The notes under the pieces are model-generated. The model saw nothing but the letters and a program-made list of their open reading frames with translations. It was not told the DNA's origin and ran no database searches. A stretch of DNA of 64,000 nt from an uncultured delta proteobacterium (GTDB taxonomy: Bacteria > Myxococcota_A > Polyangia > Fen-1088), in NCBI GenBank assembly GCA_963796685.1, contig CAWCMR010000022.1, forward strand, positions 32,001 through 96,000, written 5' to 3'. Every line of letters starts with the position of its first letter. Position 1 is the stretch's first letter. This document shows, piece by piece, positions 39,642 to 48,838 of the stretch. A program made the translations under genes and the position numbers.

Positions 39642-42010
39642 CCAGCGCGGGCATGATGAGCTATCCCTCGCTGCGCGTGTCCTCATCACCAGGCGCGCAG
39701 ATCCTCCTGGTTCGCGCCACCGATGCGCTACGCCTGTGCCGGGAGGCGGGCTATCGGCTCCTGCCCGCCCATCGCACACTGCCGCTGCTCGGCACCCTCG
39801 ACCGCCGCGCACAAGGTGAGGTGAGAGCCTTCGTGGCCCATGTCTCGCGCACCCGACTGCGCCTGGAGGGTGCTCAGGATGCCCTGGTGCTGGCCTCGCT
39901 GCGCGAGCTGGTCCGAAGTCAGGACGTCGTCGCCATCTGCGAAGGTGACACCAGCCAGAGCCCCGACGGCGACGGGACCGCTGAGCAGCGCCGCCTGGTG
40001 CGCGCCATCGCGGCTCTGACCCGAGGCGGCCGGCTTGCATACCAAGGACGCGGGTATCGGTTGGTCGCCGCCCCTGACCTCGGGCGACTGCCTGACCGCG
40101 ACAGCTACGAGGTCGTTCGCCGCGCCGACGCCGAGCAGATCCTCACCGGTCTAGCCAATCACAGCACTGCCCCCTCGGCCCAGCTGGCCAGCCTACTCAC
40201 CCAGGCCAAAGGCATGCTGGCGCACGACTGGCGTCCGCCCATGGCGCCGGACGGGCTCGTCTTGTTCCGGCGTATCTCGACCGTCGCGGCCAGCAGCCCC
40301 AGCTCCGACCCCGCCATCACGCCGTCGCAGATGAAGAAGCTGGTCTCGGACTGGATCGAGATCGAGGTGGCCGACGAGGACGCCGTGCCTTACACCGGCA
40401 GCTACGCCCTGGACCTGCCCGATTCCAGCTCCATCGCCGGGACCTTCGACGACGACGGGTTCTACGGCAACCACGCCATCAGTACCGGGCAGTGCAAGCT
40501 GTTCCTGCCGGGCAAGCCGGAGGCCGCCGACGAATTCAAGGTGACGGTGGTCGACGAGACCGGTCAGCCGGTCGGGGGCGTGGCCCTCGTGTTCGGCGTC
40601 GGCGAGTCCAATTTCCCCGTCACCGCCGACGCCTCGGGCGTGGCCAAGCGCAAGGTGCCCAAGGCCAGCAGCGTGTCGGTCTCGTTCGCCGATGCGAGCG
40701 CCCTGGCCGCCACCATGAAGCCCCTCTGGGCCTCCCCGCGCAAGGTCGAGCGCAGCGCTTGGGTGCAGGAAGATGACGCCACCGCCACGGTGAGCCTGTG
40801 GGGCGGGCGCGTGGTGGAGGCGATCGCCGAAGACAGCGACGACAGCGACGACGGTCCCCTGCCCGAGGTCGAGGTCGAGCGCTTCGACGGCCTGCAGGTC
40901 GCGGCCGACAGACCGGGCATGTTGAGCGTCCAGCCGCTCGTGCTCATGGTCAGCCTGCTCGGCGAGCACTTCGACACCGACAAGTGTTTCCTTTTGCCCA
41001 AGGCGCTCGGCACCGTGCAGGACTTGGTGCAATTGCACCGGCAGTATCAGGACACCGACCTGCTCATCGTCGGTCACACCGACACCAGCGGGGCCGACGA
41101 CTACAACCTGGACCTGTCCCTCGAACGCACCTCCGCCATGCGGGCCTACCTCACCGACGACGCCGACGCCTGGCTCGCGTGGTACGACTTGGGCAAGCTG
41201 GCGAGCAAGCGCTGGGGCGAGACCGAGGACGCCTTGATGATCGGCGCCGTGGTGGACGGCAGCCCCTATCCCGCGTCCGTCCTCGGCTACCAGCAGTGGC
41301 ACAACGCACTGGCCGGCCGACAAGACGGCTACGAGGTCTTGGACGAGGACGGCGCCATCGGTCCGCACACGCGCAAGCAGCTCATCCTCGACTACATGCA
41401 CCGGGAGGACACCACGGTCCCGGCCGGCACCGCCATCGCGGTCCACGGCTGCGGCGAGCTCTTCCCGCTCGACGAATCGGGCACCGAGCTGGACCCGGCG
41501 GCGCAAGACGGGCAGGACCAACCGGAGGACCGGCGGGTCGAGGTGTTCCTGTTTCCAAAGGAGATCGGCATCGCACCGCCCGTGCCCGGCGACAAGGCCA
41601 GCCAGGGCGAAGAGGAATATCCCGAGTGGCGCCGGCGCGCCGTGGAGGCCGACCTGGCGTCCGACGTGCAGGCCGGCGACTGCGTGGTCTCGCTGGTCCT
41701 GGTCAGCAACTCGGGCAACGTGGTGCTGTCCAATCGGAAGTACGAATTGCGCATCGAAAACGGTCCGGTCTTGCAGGGCAAGACCGACGCCGACGGCTTC
41801 CTCGAGCACACCGGCCTTCCCGCGGGCGACCACACCCTGGTCGTGGATGGATGTGAATCCCGGGTCGGGGCAACCCCGCCGGACTGCACGCGCAGGCGCC
41901 ACATGATGGCGGGTTACGTGCTGATTGCGGGAGATGGCGGCGAAGACGGAGACGGCGAAGGCGGCGGAGACGGCGGGGGCGAAGGAGACGGCGAAGGAGA
42001 AGACATCTGA
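39638..42010 (+). CDS. Multidomain OmpA-like/peptidoglycan-binding protein (790 aa) with three transthyretin-like modules and acidic tail
   Basis: WIEIEVADED..GTFDDDG; VTVVDETGQPV..ADASG; FDTDK, GHTDTSG..NLDLSLER, DGAIGPHTR, GCGELFP, EDRRVEVF; GKTDADG. Confidence 0.82.
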   Translation: MTSAGMMSYPSLRVSSSPGAQILLVRATDALRLCREAGYRLLPAHRTLPLLGTLDRRAQGEVRAFVAHVSRTRLRLEGAQDALVLASLRELVRSQDVVAICEGDTSQSPDGDGTAEQRRLVRAIAALTRGGRLAYQGRGYRLVAAPDLGRLPDRDSYEVVRRADAEQILTGLANHSTAPSAQLASLLTQAKGMLAHDWRPPMAPDGLVLFRRISTVAASSPSSDPAITPSQMKKLVSDWIEIEVADEDAVPYTGSYALDLPDSSSIAGTFDDDGFYGNHAISTGQCKLFLPGKPEAADEFKVTVVDETGQPVGGVALVFGVGESNFPVTADASGVAKRKVPKASSVSVSFADASALAATMKPLWASPRKVERSAWVQEDDATATVSLWGGRVVEAIAEDSDDSDDGPLPEVEVERFDGLQVAADRPGMLSVQPLVLMVSLLGEHFDTDKCFLLPKALGTVQDLVQLHRQYQDTDLLIVGHTDTSGADDYNLDLSLERTSAMRAYLTDDADAWLAWYDLGKLASKRWGETEDALMIGAVVDGSPYPASVLGYQQWHNALAGRQDGYEVLDEDGAIGPHTRKQLILDYMHREDTTVPAGTAIAVHGCGELFPLDESGTELDPAAQDGQDQPEDRRVEVFLFPKEIGIAPPVPGDKASQGEEEYPEWRRRAVEADLASDVQAGDCVVSLVLVSNSGNVVLSNRKYELRIENGPVLQGKTDADGFLEHTGLPAGDHTLVVDGCESRVGATPPDCTRRRHMMAGYVLIAGDGGEDGDGEGGGDGGGEGDGEGEDI

Positions 42011-43963
42011 TGGGCAAGGGCAAGAAGAAGCCGCAGGCCAAGCCACTCGATTCGACCTTCGCCATCGGCGGCTCGAACATCCTCATCACGGGCGACGACA
42101 GCAAGCCCACGAACGATGTCCTGCAACTGGTCTACTCGGGCTCCGAGGCCGAGGTCGACAAGGTCACGGTCACCCTGGTCGAGATCGACGAGGACGAGGA
42201 CATCGACCCCAAGCCGCCCGGTCCGGACGCCACGGTCGCGCAGTTCTTCGGCAAGATCTCGGGCAAGAAATTCGTCACCGATTCGGAGAAGCTCGCCACC
42301 GACAAGCTGCCCGCCAGCGCGCCCTTCATCCAGCTCTCCATCGGCGGCAAGTCCTACCCCAAGATCAAGCTGCCCGGGGTGGATAGCGAGAACGGCCTGT
42401 TCGAGCTGGGCGTCGTGGTCACCGCGGGCAGCTCGAAGTACCGCAGCACCTGGCGCGCCTATGCGCGCCACTACACCATCCGTCCGGCCATCGGGCCCGT
42501 GATGGCCTTCGTGACCGGGGCCGAGGACAACACCTTCTTCACCGCAGCCGGCAAATACTGGAAACAGCACGCCGACGCCGTGCTCAGCAAAGACGGAATG
42601 AGCCTGGAGGAGATCGTCAAGTACCTGGTCAAGCATCGCGAGGGCTTCGGCGACTACGGCGAGGTCAACATCGTCAGCCACGGCAATCGGCTCTCGGCCT
42701 TGCTGCGCATCGTGACCGGCGGCGAGCGCGAGCTGCGCCTCAAGACCTTGTTCCGCACCCTCGGCATCGAGGGCGAGGAGTCCGACGATCCCGTCACCAA
42801 GGCGGCGCAGGCGGCGAACCTGGAGAAGTTCAATCACACCGCCGCCCAGCTGGGCCTCGGCGACAAGTCCCGCGTGGTCTTCCGCGCGTGCAACATCGGC
42901 CATCGCCCCGACGTCCTGCAGGCCGTGCGCGAGCACATCTTCGCCGACGCGTGCGCGGTCTTCGCGCCCAAGTTCCTGCAGGGCTACGGCGACGGGGATT
43001 CTCATCACCAAGAAGAAGGTCGACCCGTTCGAGTTCTTCGCCGAGGATCTGCAGCACCACGTGCCGGGCAAGGTCAACCCGCCGCGCGCGCCCAACAAGG
43101 TCCCCGACGGGACCAGCCAGGAGGAGATGATGGCGCCCATCTTCAAGACCGACCATCCCTCGCTCAAGCTCGACGACGAGAAGGCCTCCTACACTTCCAA
43201 GATCTCGTCCACCAAGCCCGGCGATGCAACCTTCGGCCTGACCGGCACCGAGGCGACCTTCTTCGACTTCCTGGCCAACGCCAGCAAGACCGACGCCCAG
43301 CTCGGCGCGGAGATGCAGACCGGATTCGATGCCCAGCGCTCGGAGGACATGGAGTTCACCCAGTGGAAGCAATGGGTCGCAGAGCCCATCACCCGCAAGG
43401 ACCAGACCCAGAAGGTCGACAACAAGGTCGAGGTCCTGACCACGGAGAACGTGTGGGTCACCGTGGCCAGCAGCAAGGCCGTCCCGCACCAGTCCTTCGC
43501 CTCGCCCGGCGGCGAGCTGGCCCTGGGCTCGGATCCAGCCCTGGGCACGGCCACCTCCTCGGACGAGCGGCCGGCCGGCATCACCTTGCCCGACAAGAGC
43601 GTGGCGGCCCTGCACGCGAAGATCACCACCTCGGGCTCGCCCGACGCGGCGGTCGACGCGGAGACCGGTCAGACCGTCACCTTCCAAGGCAAGGCCGCGG
43701 GGTCGTTCACCGGCACGGTCCCGGTGTCGTTCTCGGTCGGCCCGTTCGCGATCTCCATGCGGCCCGAGAAGCAGCGCCTGGCCACGGCGCAATTGACCCG
43801 GACCCTGGTGCATTGGCGCCGGCCCTTGCGCAAGGACGACCCCAAGGTGTCGTACGGAAAAGATCGCCCTTTGGTCGTTCCCGACGTGGACAACAAGGAC
43901 CATTATGGCTCGAGTGATGATCCCGCACCGTCGGACGCCGATCTGGCCAAGCTCTTCGAGTAG
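42010..43963 (+). CDS. Hypothetical protein with clan-CD (caspase/C80/DUF4347-like) His-Cys motifs (apparent +1 frameshift at ~42999)
   Basis: TGATG coupling; EVNIVSHGN and RVVFRACNIG; removing one T gives GDGDLITKKKVDPFEFFAED and a 650-aa ORF. Confidence 0.68.
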
Positions 43964-45597
43964 CCTCGCCATCGTCTTGCGCGTGGTGCTGGTCGGTGGC
44001 CTGGCGCAGGCGCAGCCGGCCGGCCCGGCGCGAGACGCGGGCGCGACCCCGATCCAGGACGCCGTGGCAGGTGCGGGCCACGACTTGGGCGACGCGCAGA
44101 CCAGGCTGCTCGAGCTGGCGGCCGCCGGACACGCCTTGTTCGTGCGACGCGCCCAGCGCGCGGGCTCGGCCTGCGACGAGGTCCGGCTGCGTCCGTCGGT
44201 GCCCGACGGCTCCGCCGGAGAGATAGCTCTCGGCGACCTGAAGGGCAGGTACGCGATCCGCCGGGGCCAGCTCGACGTGTTCCACGCCGGTCCGGCCACC
44301 GACTTCAGGGTAAGCGAGAGCTTCGTCCTGCACGGAGCCACCCGGGACGGCGTGCTGCTCGGCGGGGCCCTGCTCGCGGTCAGCAAGGAGGCTTGCCAGG
44401 GCCATACGTCTTATCGGCCTCTGGCCCTCAAGAGTGAGCGCTGCGCCCCGATCCCTCAGCTCGGCCGAGCCGTGTCGGCCACGGCCGACGACGCGCCCTG
44501 GGTGTTCAACCACCGTGGCCTGCTCGGGCCCTGTGGGTGGGCAGGGGCGTACTTTGCAAACGGGACACGCTATCCGCTGGAGCTGTTCGTGCCGCTCGGA
44601 CGGGCGTGGCTCTCCGGACCGCTCGCGGGCGGGACGGGCGAGCCACACATGGTCGATCTGCGCATCGAAACGGCCCGCCTGCGGCTGGGCGAGCGCATCC
44701 TCGAGCCCCTTCCCAGCGTCCTGTCGCAGGCGCCGGCCGACGCGAAGCCGGCGCGGATTGGGCCGGGCGGCCTCGCCGGTGGCCCAGCCGGTCACCCAGC
44801 CGGTGACCAAGATGGCGACTTCGCCGGCGACTTTCTGGGCGAGACGCGGCCCCTCTATCTTCCCGTGCTGCGCGAGCACGGCGTCACCTGCGCCGAGGTC
44901 GACCTGTCCAAGCTGCAAGCGACCATCACCCTGCCGAGCTTCTCGGGCAACCCGCGCAAGCTCGAATTCCAAAAGGACGACTTCGGCCTCTCGCTGTGGC
45001 CGGCGCGCTCCGAGAGAGGCAGCCTCGCGCAGGGCCGGCGTGCCGCGACCGTCGCCCTGTGCGACGGCGGGGCCATTCACCTCGCGGTTCACGGCCGGGA
45101 CGCCGACTCCTACCGCGTCGGCGGCTCGCGCTGGTTTTTCGACCGGGCCACCTGCGAGCGGCAACACGGCCACGTGCTGCCCGCGCTGGTCGATTCTCAT
45201 CAACCTCGCGAGCAAGCCGTGTGCGCCAAACGACGCCGGTCTGCAAGCTCGGCCCGCTGCTCATCTGACGAGCGGGACGTACTATGTGCGGTCGCCGGAC
45301 GCCCAGGACTGCGTCCCGATCGAGGTCGTCGGGCCCAAGCAACCCGGACTCGAGTCCGGATACGTGCGCGTGAAGCCTGGGCTGGCCACGGCCGAGCTGT
45401 GCGACATCCGCTTCGACGAGGTCGCGGGCGGTCGATACCTGTGGCGAAGCCGCCCCGATTCCCCCGATGGGGATTCGGTCGAGACCAAGCCGTTCCGAGA
45501 GGGTACTCACGTCGGCGTGCAAGTCGGCGCGAGCCGGTGGTATCGAGACCCGTCATCCTGTCGGGCTTCCGCTGCCGCGCGCGGCCCCACACGCTGA
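43917..45597 (+). CDS. Exported Cys-containing hypothetical protein (apparent +1 frameshift at ~45194)
   Basis: Signal-like segment ending AQA; correction gives ALVDLINLASKPC and ~559 aa; repeated 'WY/WF..xxxC' segments; start uncertain. Confidence 0.58.
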
Positions 45598-45775
45598 GCC
45601 CGTGCGCGCCACGGGCCGAGCTCCCCTCTTCTCGTCGGCGCGGAAGGCGTCACCCGCATTTCAGCGGTGGCCACGCCGCTGCCCATGCCCAAAGCCCGGA
45701 TTCGCCCCCTGGACGACTTTCATCAGCGGGACCAGGACCGGTCACCTGAGATACTGGAACATCCAGAGGCGCGCT

Positions 45776-47956
45776 CTACTTGGCGAGCTTCATGATGGCG
45801 GCGCGGCTCATGTCCGACCAGTACAGGGCCGCGTCGTCCTGGTAGAGCTTTCCGCTCGCGCTTTGCCCGGTCGCCATGGTCTTCGTTCCGGTGCAGCCCG
45901 ACGAGGCTGGCGAGCAACGGTTCAGATTGCCGCTGGCATCGAACCAGTACAGATACGAAGCGTCCTCTGTCGCCATCACGCTGGTTGAAGCGACGGCGGT
46001 GATGAGCTGCAGGGACGGCGAAGAACCCACCGGCACGCGATACAGGATTCCGGCGGTCGTCGAGGGGTCCCAGAGCAGCACCGACGGCGCATTGACGTCG
46101 ACGATGACCATGGACGAGGTAAGTCCCGAGGACAGCAGCTCCGTCGCATACGAGGCATTGTAGCCGATGGAAAACAGGCTGGTGGATGACGGATCGGTCC
46201 GGAGATAGAAGACGGTATTCTGGTAGGCGCTGAACGCGCTGTAACTGACGCTCGAGTAGTCGCTGAGCGTGTCGTCATACGACGCCTTCACATCGCCACC
46301 CGTGGTGTACCACGTGATGTTCGCCGGGGCCGAGGTGGGATTGTAGAGAGGAACATACGCTGGCTGTGAGCTGCCCCATGAGGCGGCGAACGCCCCGCCG
46401 TTGATGGACCCGAGCTGCACCTTGGTGCCCGCGGTCATGTCGTAGAGGTAGTTGGCGTCCATATTCTCGGCGAAGATGAACACGTCGTTGCCCACCACCC
46501 CGCGAAACGCAGCATAGGCATAGTTCGGAACCACCTGGGTGCTCGCGCTGCCCGCGGCCTTGCCCACTCGAGCAGCCGACGCTTCCACGAAGCCGGATTG
46601 ATAGACGGAGTAGTAGAGGTTCTGGGCGTCGATCCCGAACAGGCCCTGAAAGGTGTCTCCGAGGTTCGCGGCCACCGCGACCGGCTGGCACAGACCGCTG
46701 CTGCACGTCCCGCCGAGGCAGTCGTGCCCACAGGCTCCGCAATTATGGCCATCGGAGGTCACGTCGAGGCACGAGCCGCTGCACTCTTTCTTGGGCGAGG
46801 CACAGGTGCACGCGCCGAGGCTACACAGGTAGCCGCCGGCGCAAGCGGTCTGGTTCGCCCACGCTCCGCTCGTGCCGCACTTTTGCGGCACACCACCGGC
46901 GCTGCATTGAACCTGGTTTGGCGTACACACGCCGGTGCATCCGCCCGCGCTGACGTCACAGGTGTACGTGCAAGCCTCCACGCTGGGCATCGAGCATGAG
47001 CCGGCCGTGCAGGTGCCCACGGCTTGGTAGCCGGAGCTCGTGCAAGCCGGCGTTCCGCAGGAAAGGGTGGGGTAGGTGCAGGATGGGCTGGTCCCATCGC
47101 AAGCCGCGGCGCAGATATCGCTGCCCGTGCAGGGCGTGTGCCCCGTGTGGGGCGATGCTTTGGCGGCCAAGGTCTTGCAGGTTCCCGTGGAGCCACCGAC
47201 ATCGCACGCCTCGCACGAGCCCGTGCACGCCTTGTCACAACACACGCCATCGGGTGAGCAGTAGAGGCCGGCGGCGCATCCTCCACCCACGACCTGGCAG
47301 GCCGTTCCCTGCTTCGACTTGCAGGCCCCCGTCGAGTCGCAGGTGCCGCTGCAACGGCCGGTGGGATCGTCCTGGCCGACCAGGGCAACGCACGTGTTGC
47401 TGGCGTTGCAGGTCTTGCAGCTTCCGGCGCAATCCGCGGCGGTACAACAGGCAGTCGAATCGATGCACTCGCCGTTGCAGCTCACCTTGCCCGACGGGCA
47501 TCCCGCCGCATCGAGCGTGGCGGCGTCCATCCGCGCTGGAGCGTCCATGGCAGCGTCGGGGTTGCCATCCGCCGGCGCGTCGGCGAGCTCGCTATCGGTG
47601 GCCGGCTCGATGCGCGCGTCCGGCGTCGCGTCCAGTCGTGCACCGGGAAGGCCATCGCCAGGGGCGTCGTTGTTCACTTCGGCGCTTCCGTCGTTGGTCC
47701 CGGCTCCCGCTTCGCTCCCACCCATGGGCGAGGCGTCGCTGCGGCTGCCACCAAACCCGCCGCTTGGGGAGCAGGTCCCGGACGAGGTGTCGCACACGTA
47801 GCCGCTCGGACAGCCGGTCTGCGTCTTGCACCTCAGGCGCGACGGATCGGCGGCGTCGAAACAGCCTAGAAAGCCCGGTAAAGCGAGCGCAACGATCCAG
47901 AACCCGATCGGAAAAGGTCGCCGATTCTCTCGTCCAAGGGCGCGTGTCGTCTTCAC
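45776..47956 (-). CDS. Myxobacterial Cys-rich lipoprotein with C-terminal beta-propeller-like domain
   Basis: Lipobox FLGC; DGVCCDKACTGSCEAC; DGHNCGACGHDC; DASYLYW and DDAALYW repeats. Confidence 0.8.
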   Translation of the reverse strand: MKTTRALGRENRRPFPIGFWIVALALPGFLGCFDAADPSRLRCKTQTGCPSGYVCDTSSGTCSPSGGFGGSRSDASPMGGSEAGAGTNDGSAEVNNDAPGDGLPGARLDATPDARIEPATDSELADAPADGNPDAAMDAPARMDAATLDAAGCPSGKVSCNGECIDSTACCTAADCAGSCKTCNASNTCVALVGQDDPTGRCSGTCDSTGACKSKQGTACQVVGGGCAAGLYCSPDGVCCDKACTGSCEACDVGGSTGTCKTLAAKASPHTGHTPCTGSDICAAACDGTSPSCTYPTLSCGTPACTSSGYQAVGTCTAGSCSMPSVEACTYTCDVSAGGCTGVCTPNQVQCSAGGVPQKCGTSGAWANQTACAGGYLCSLGACTCASPKKECSGSCLDVTSDGHNCGACGHDCLGGTCSSGLCQPVAVAANLGDTFQGLFGIDAQNLYYSVYQSGFVEASAARVGKAAGSASTQVVPNYAYAAFRGVVGNDVFIFAENMDANYLYDMTAGTKVQLGSINGGAFAASWGSSQPAYVPLYNPTSAPANITWYTTGGDVKASYDDTLSDYSSVSYSAFSAYQNTVFYLRTDPSSTSLFSIGYNASYATELLSSGLTSSMVIVDVNAPSVLLWDPSTTAGILYRVPVGSSPSLQLITAVASTSVMATEDASYLYWFDASGNLNRCSPASSGCTGTKTMATGQSASGKLYQDDAALYWSDMSRAAIMKLAK

Positions 47957-48789
47957 TAGAATGCTCCTGTCAGTACGGCGCCGGCCTGACTTGTCCCGAT
48001 GACCGGCACCAGGGCGAGCCCGCTGGCCGGCCCTGATTTTTCCTTGAGCCCGATCCCGTAGAGGACGGCCCCGGTGACCACGCAGGCTGCCCCAAGTCCG
48101 TAGCCGACCCAAGCCAAGGCCTCGTAGGTCTTGCGGTCGGACTCCTTGGAATACCCGTCGTAGGTCGAGTACATGTCGTTAACCGTGTGGTTGGCCTTCA
48201 CGTTCAAGAGGATGCCAGCGCCCAAGGCCGCGACGCCGAAGGTCGCGACGACGATGCCGCCGGTTCGCAAGCCCGCGCCGCCGGACGGCGGTATGGGGCC
48301 CGGTGCGGGTTGCTGGATCACGGTCGGCTCGGGCGCTGTTGCCGGCGCCGACGCAGCGGGCGCGACCGGCGGAGCATCCACGACGGGTTGGGGGGCGGGC
48401 GAAGTGGGCACGATAGCCCGTTCTTGGGCCAGCATTTCCTTGCAGTAGGAGATGTGCTGGTCGGCGTCGGCCTTCTCGTTGCTCCCCAGCTTCTCGTGCC
48501 CCGCGAGCAAGAATTCCTGGAAGCGCGCAATGGCATCGTCGTACCGGCGGTTCTGCTCGAAGCAGCGTCCCTGGTTGAAGATGTAGGTCGCGTTCTTGGT
48601 TTCGACGAACAGTTTCGAGAGGACGGCGACCCCCTCGGCGTAGTTGCCGTCGAGGCATGCCTGGCGCGCAAGGTTCGCGCGCGCTTGCCTGCTGGCGGCC
48701 GACGCCGGCCGAGCCGCAAGCAGTGCGAAGACGATGGCGACTCCCACGAGGGTGGGAGTTTGAAGGGTGCGGCTTTGACGCTCGATCAT
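47956..48789 (-). CDS. TPR-containing exported/membrane protein (myxobacterial TPR/PEGA-type)
   Basis: ARQACLDGNYAEGV, YIFNQGRCFEQ..YDDAIARFQEFL, Pro-rich linker, Gly-rich hydrophobic C-terminus ending GAF. Confidence 0.8.
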   Translation of the reverse strand: MIERQSRTLQTPTLVGVAIVFALLAARPASAASRQARANLARQACLDGNYAEGVAVLSKLFVETKNATYIFNQGRCFEQNRRYDDAIARFQEFLLAGHEKLGSNEKADADQHISYCKEMLAQERAIVPTSPAPQPVVDAPPVAPAASAPATAPEPTVIQQPAPGPIPPSGGAGLRTGGIVVATFGVAALGAGILLNVKANHTVNDMYSTYDGYSKESDRKTYEALAWVGYGLGAACVVTGAVLYGIGLKEKSGPASGLALVPVIGTSQAGAVLTGAF

Positions 48790-48838
48790 GGCGGCGTACT
48801 TTGGTAGCGCTCCTGGCCGTAGGCAAGGAGATTCTGGG

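Noticed and set aside
35788-42010. 886-aa, 720-aa and 1204-aa ORFs as giant proteins
   Set aside because: Their N-terminal parts are shadows of upstream genes; true starts at 37255, 38445 and 39638 fit the RBS/overlap pattern
15681-45196. Mass pseudogenisation or programmed frameshifting
   Set aside because: Genes are otherwise intact, no slippery sequences were seen, and the same motif-specific insertion recurs; an artefact is more parsimonious, though unproven
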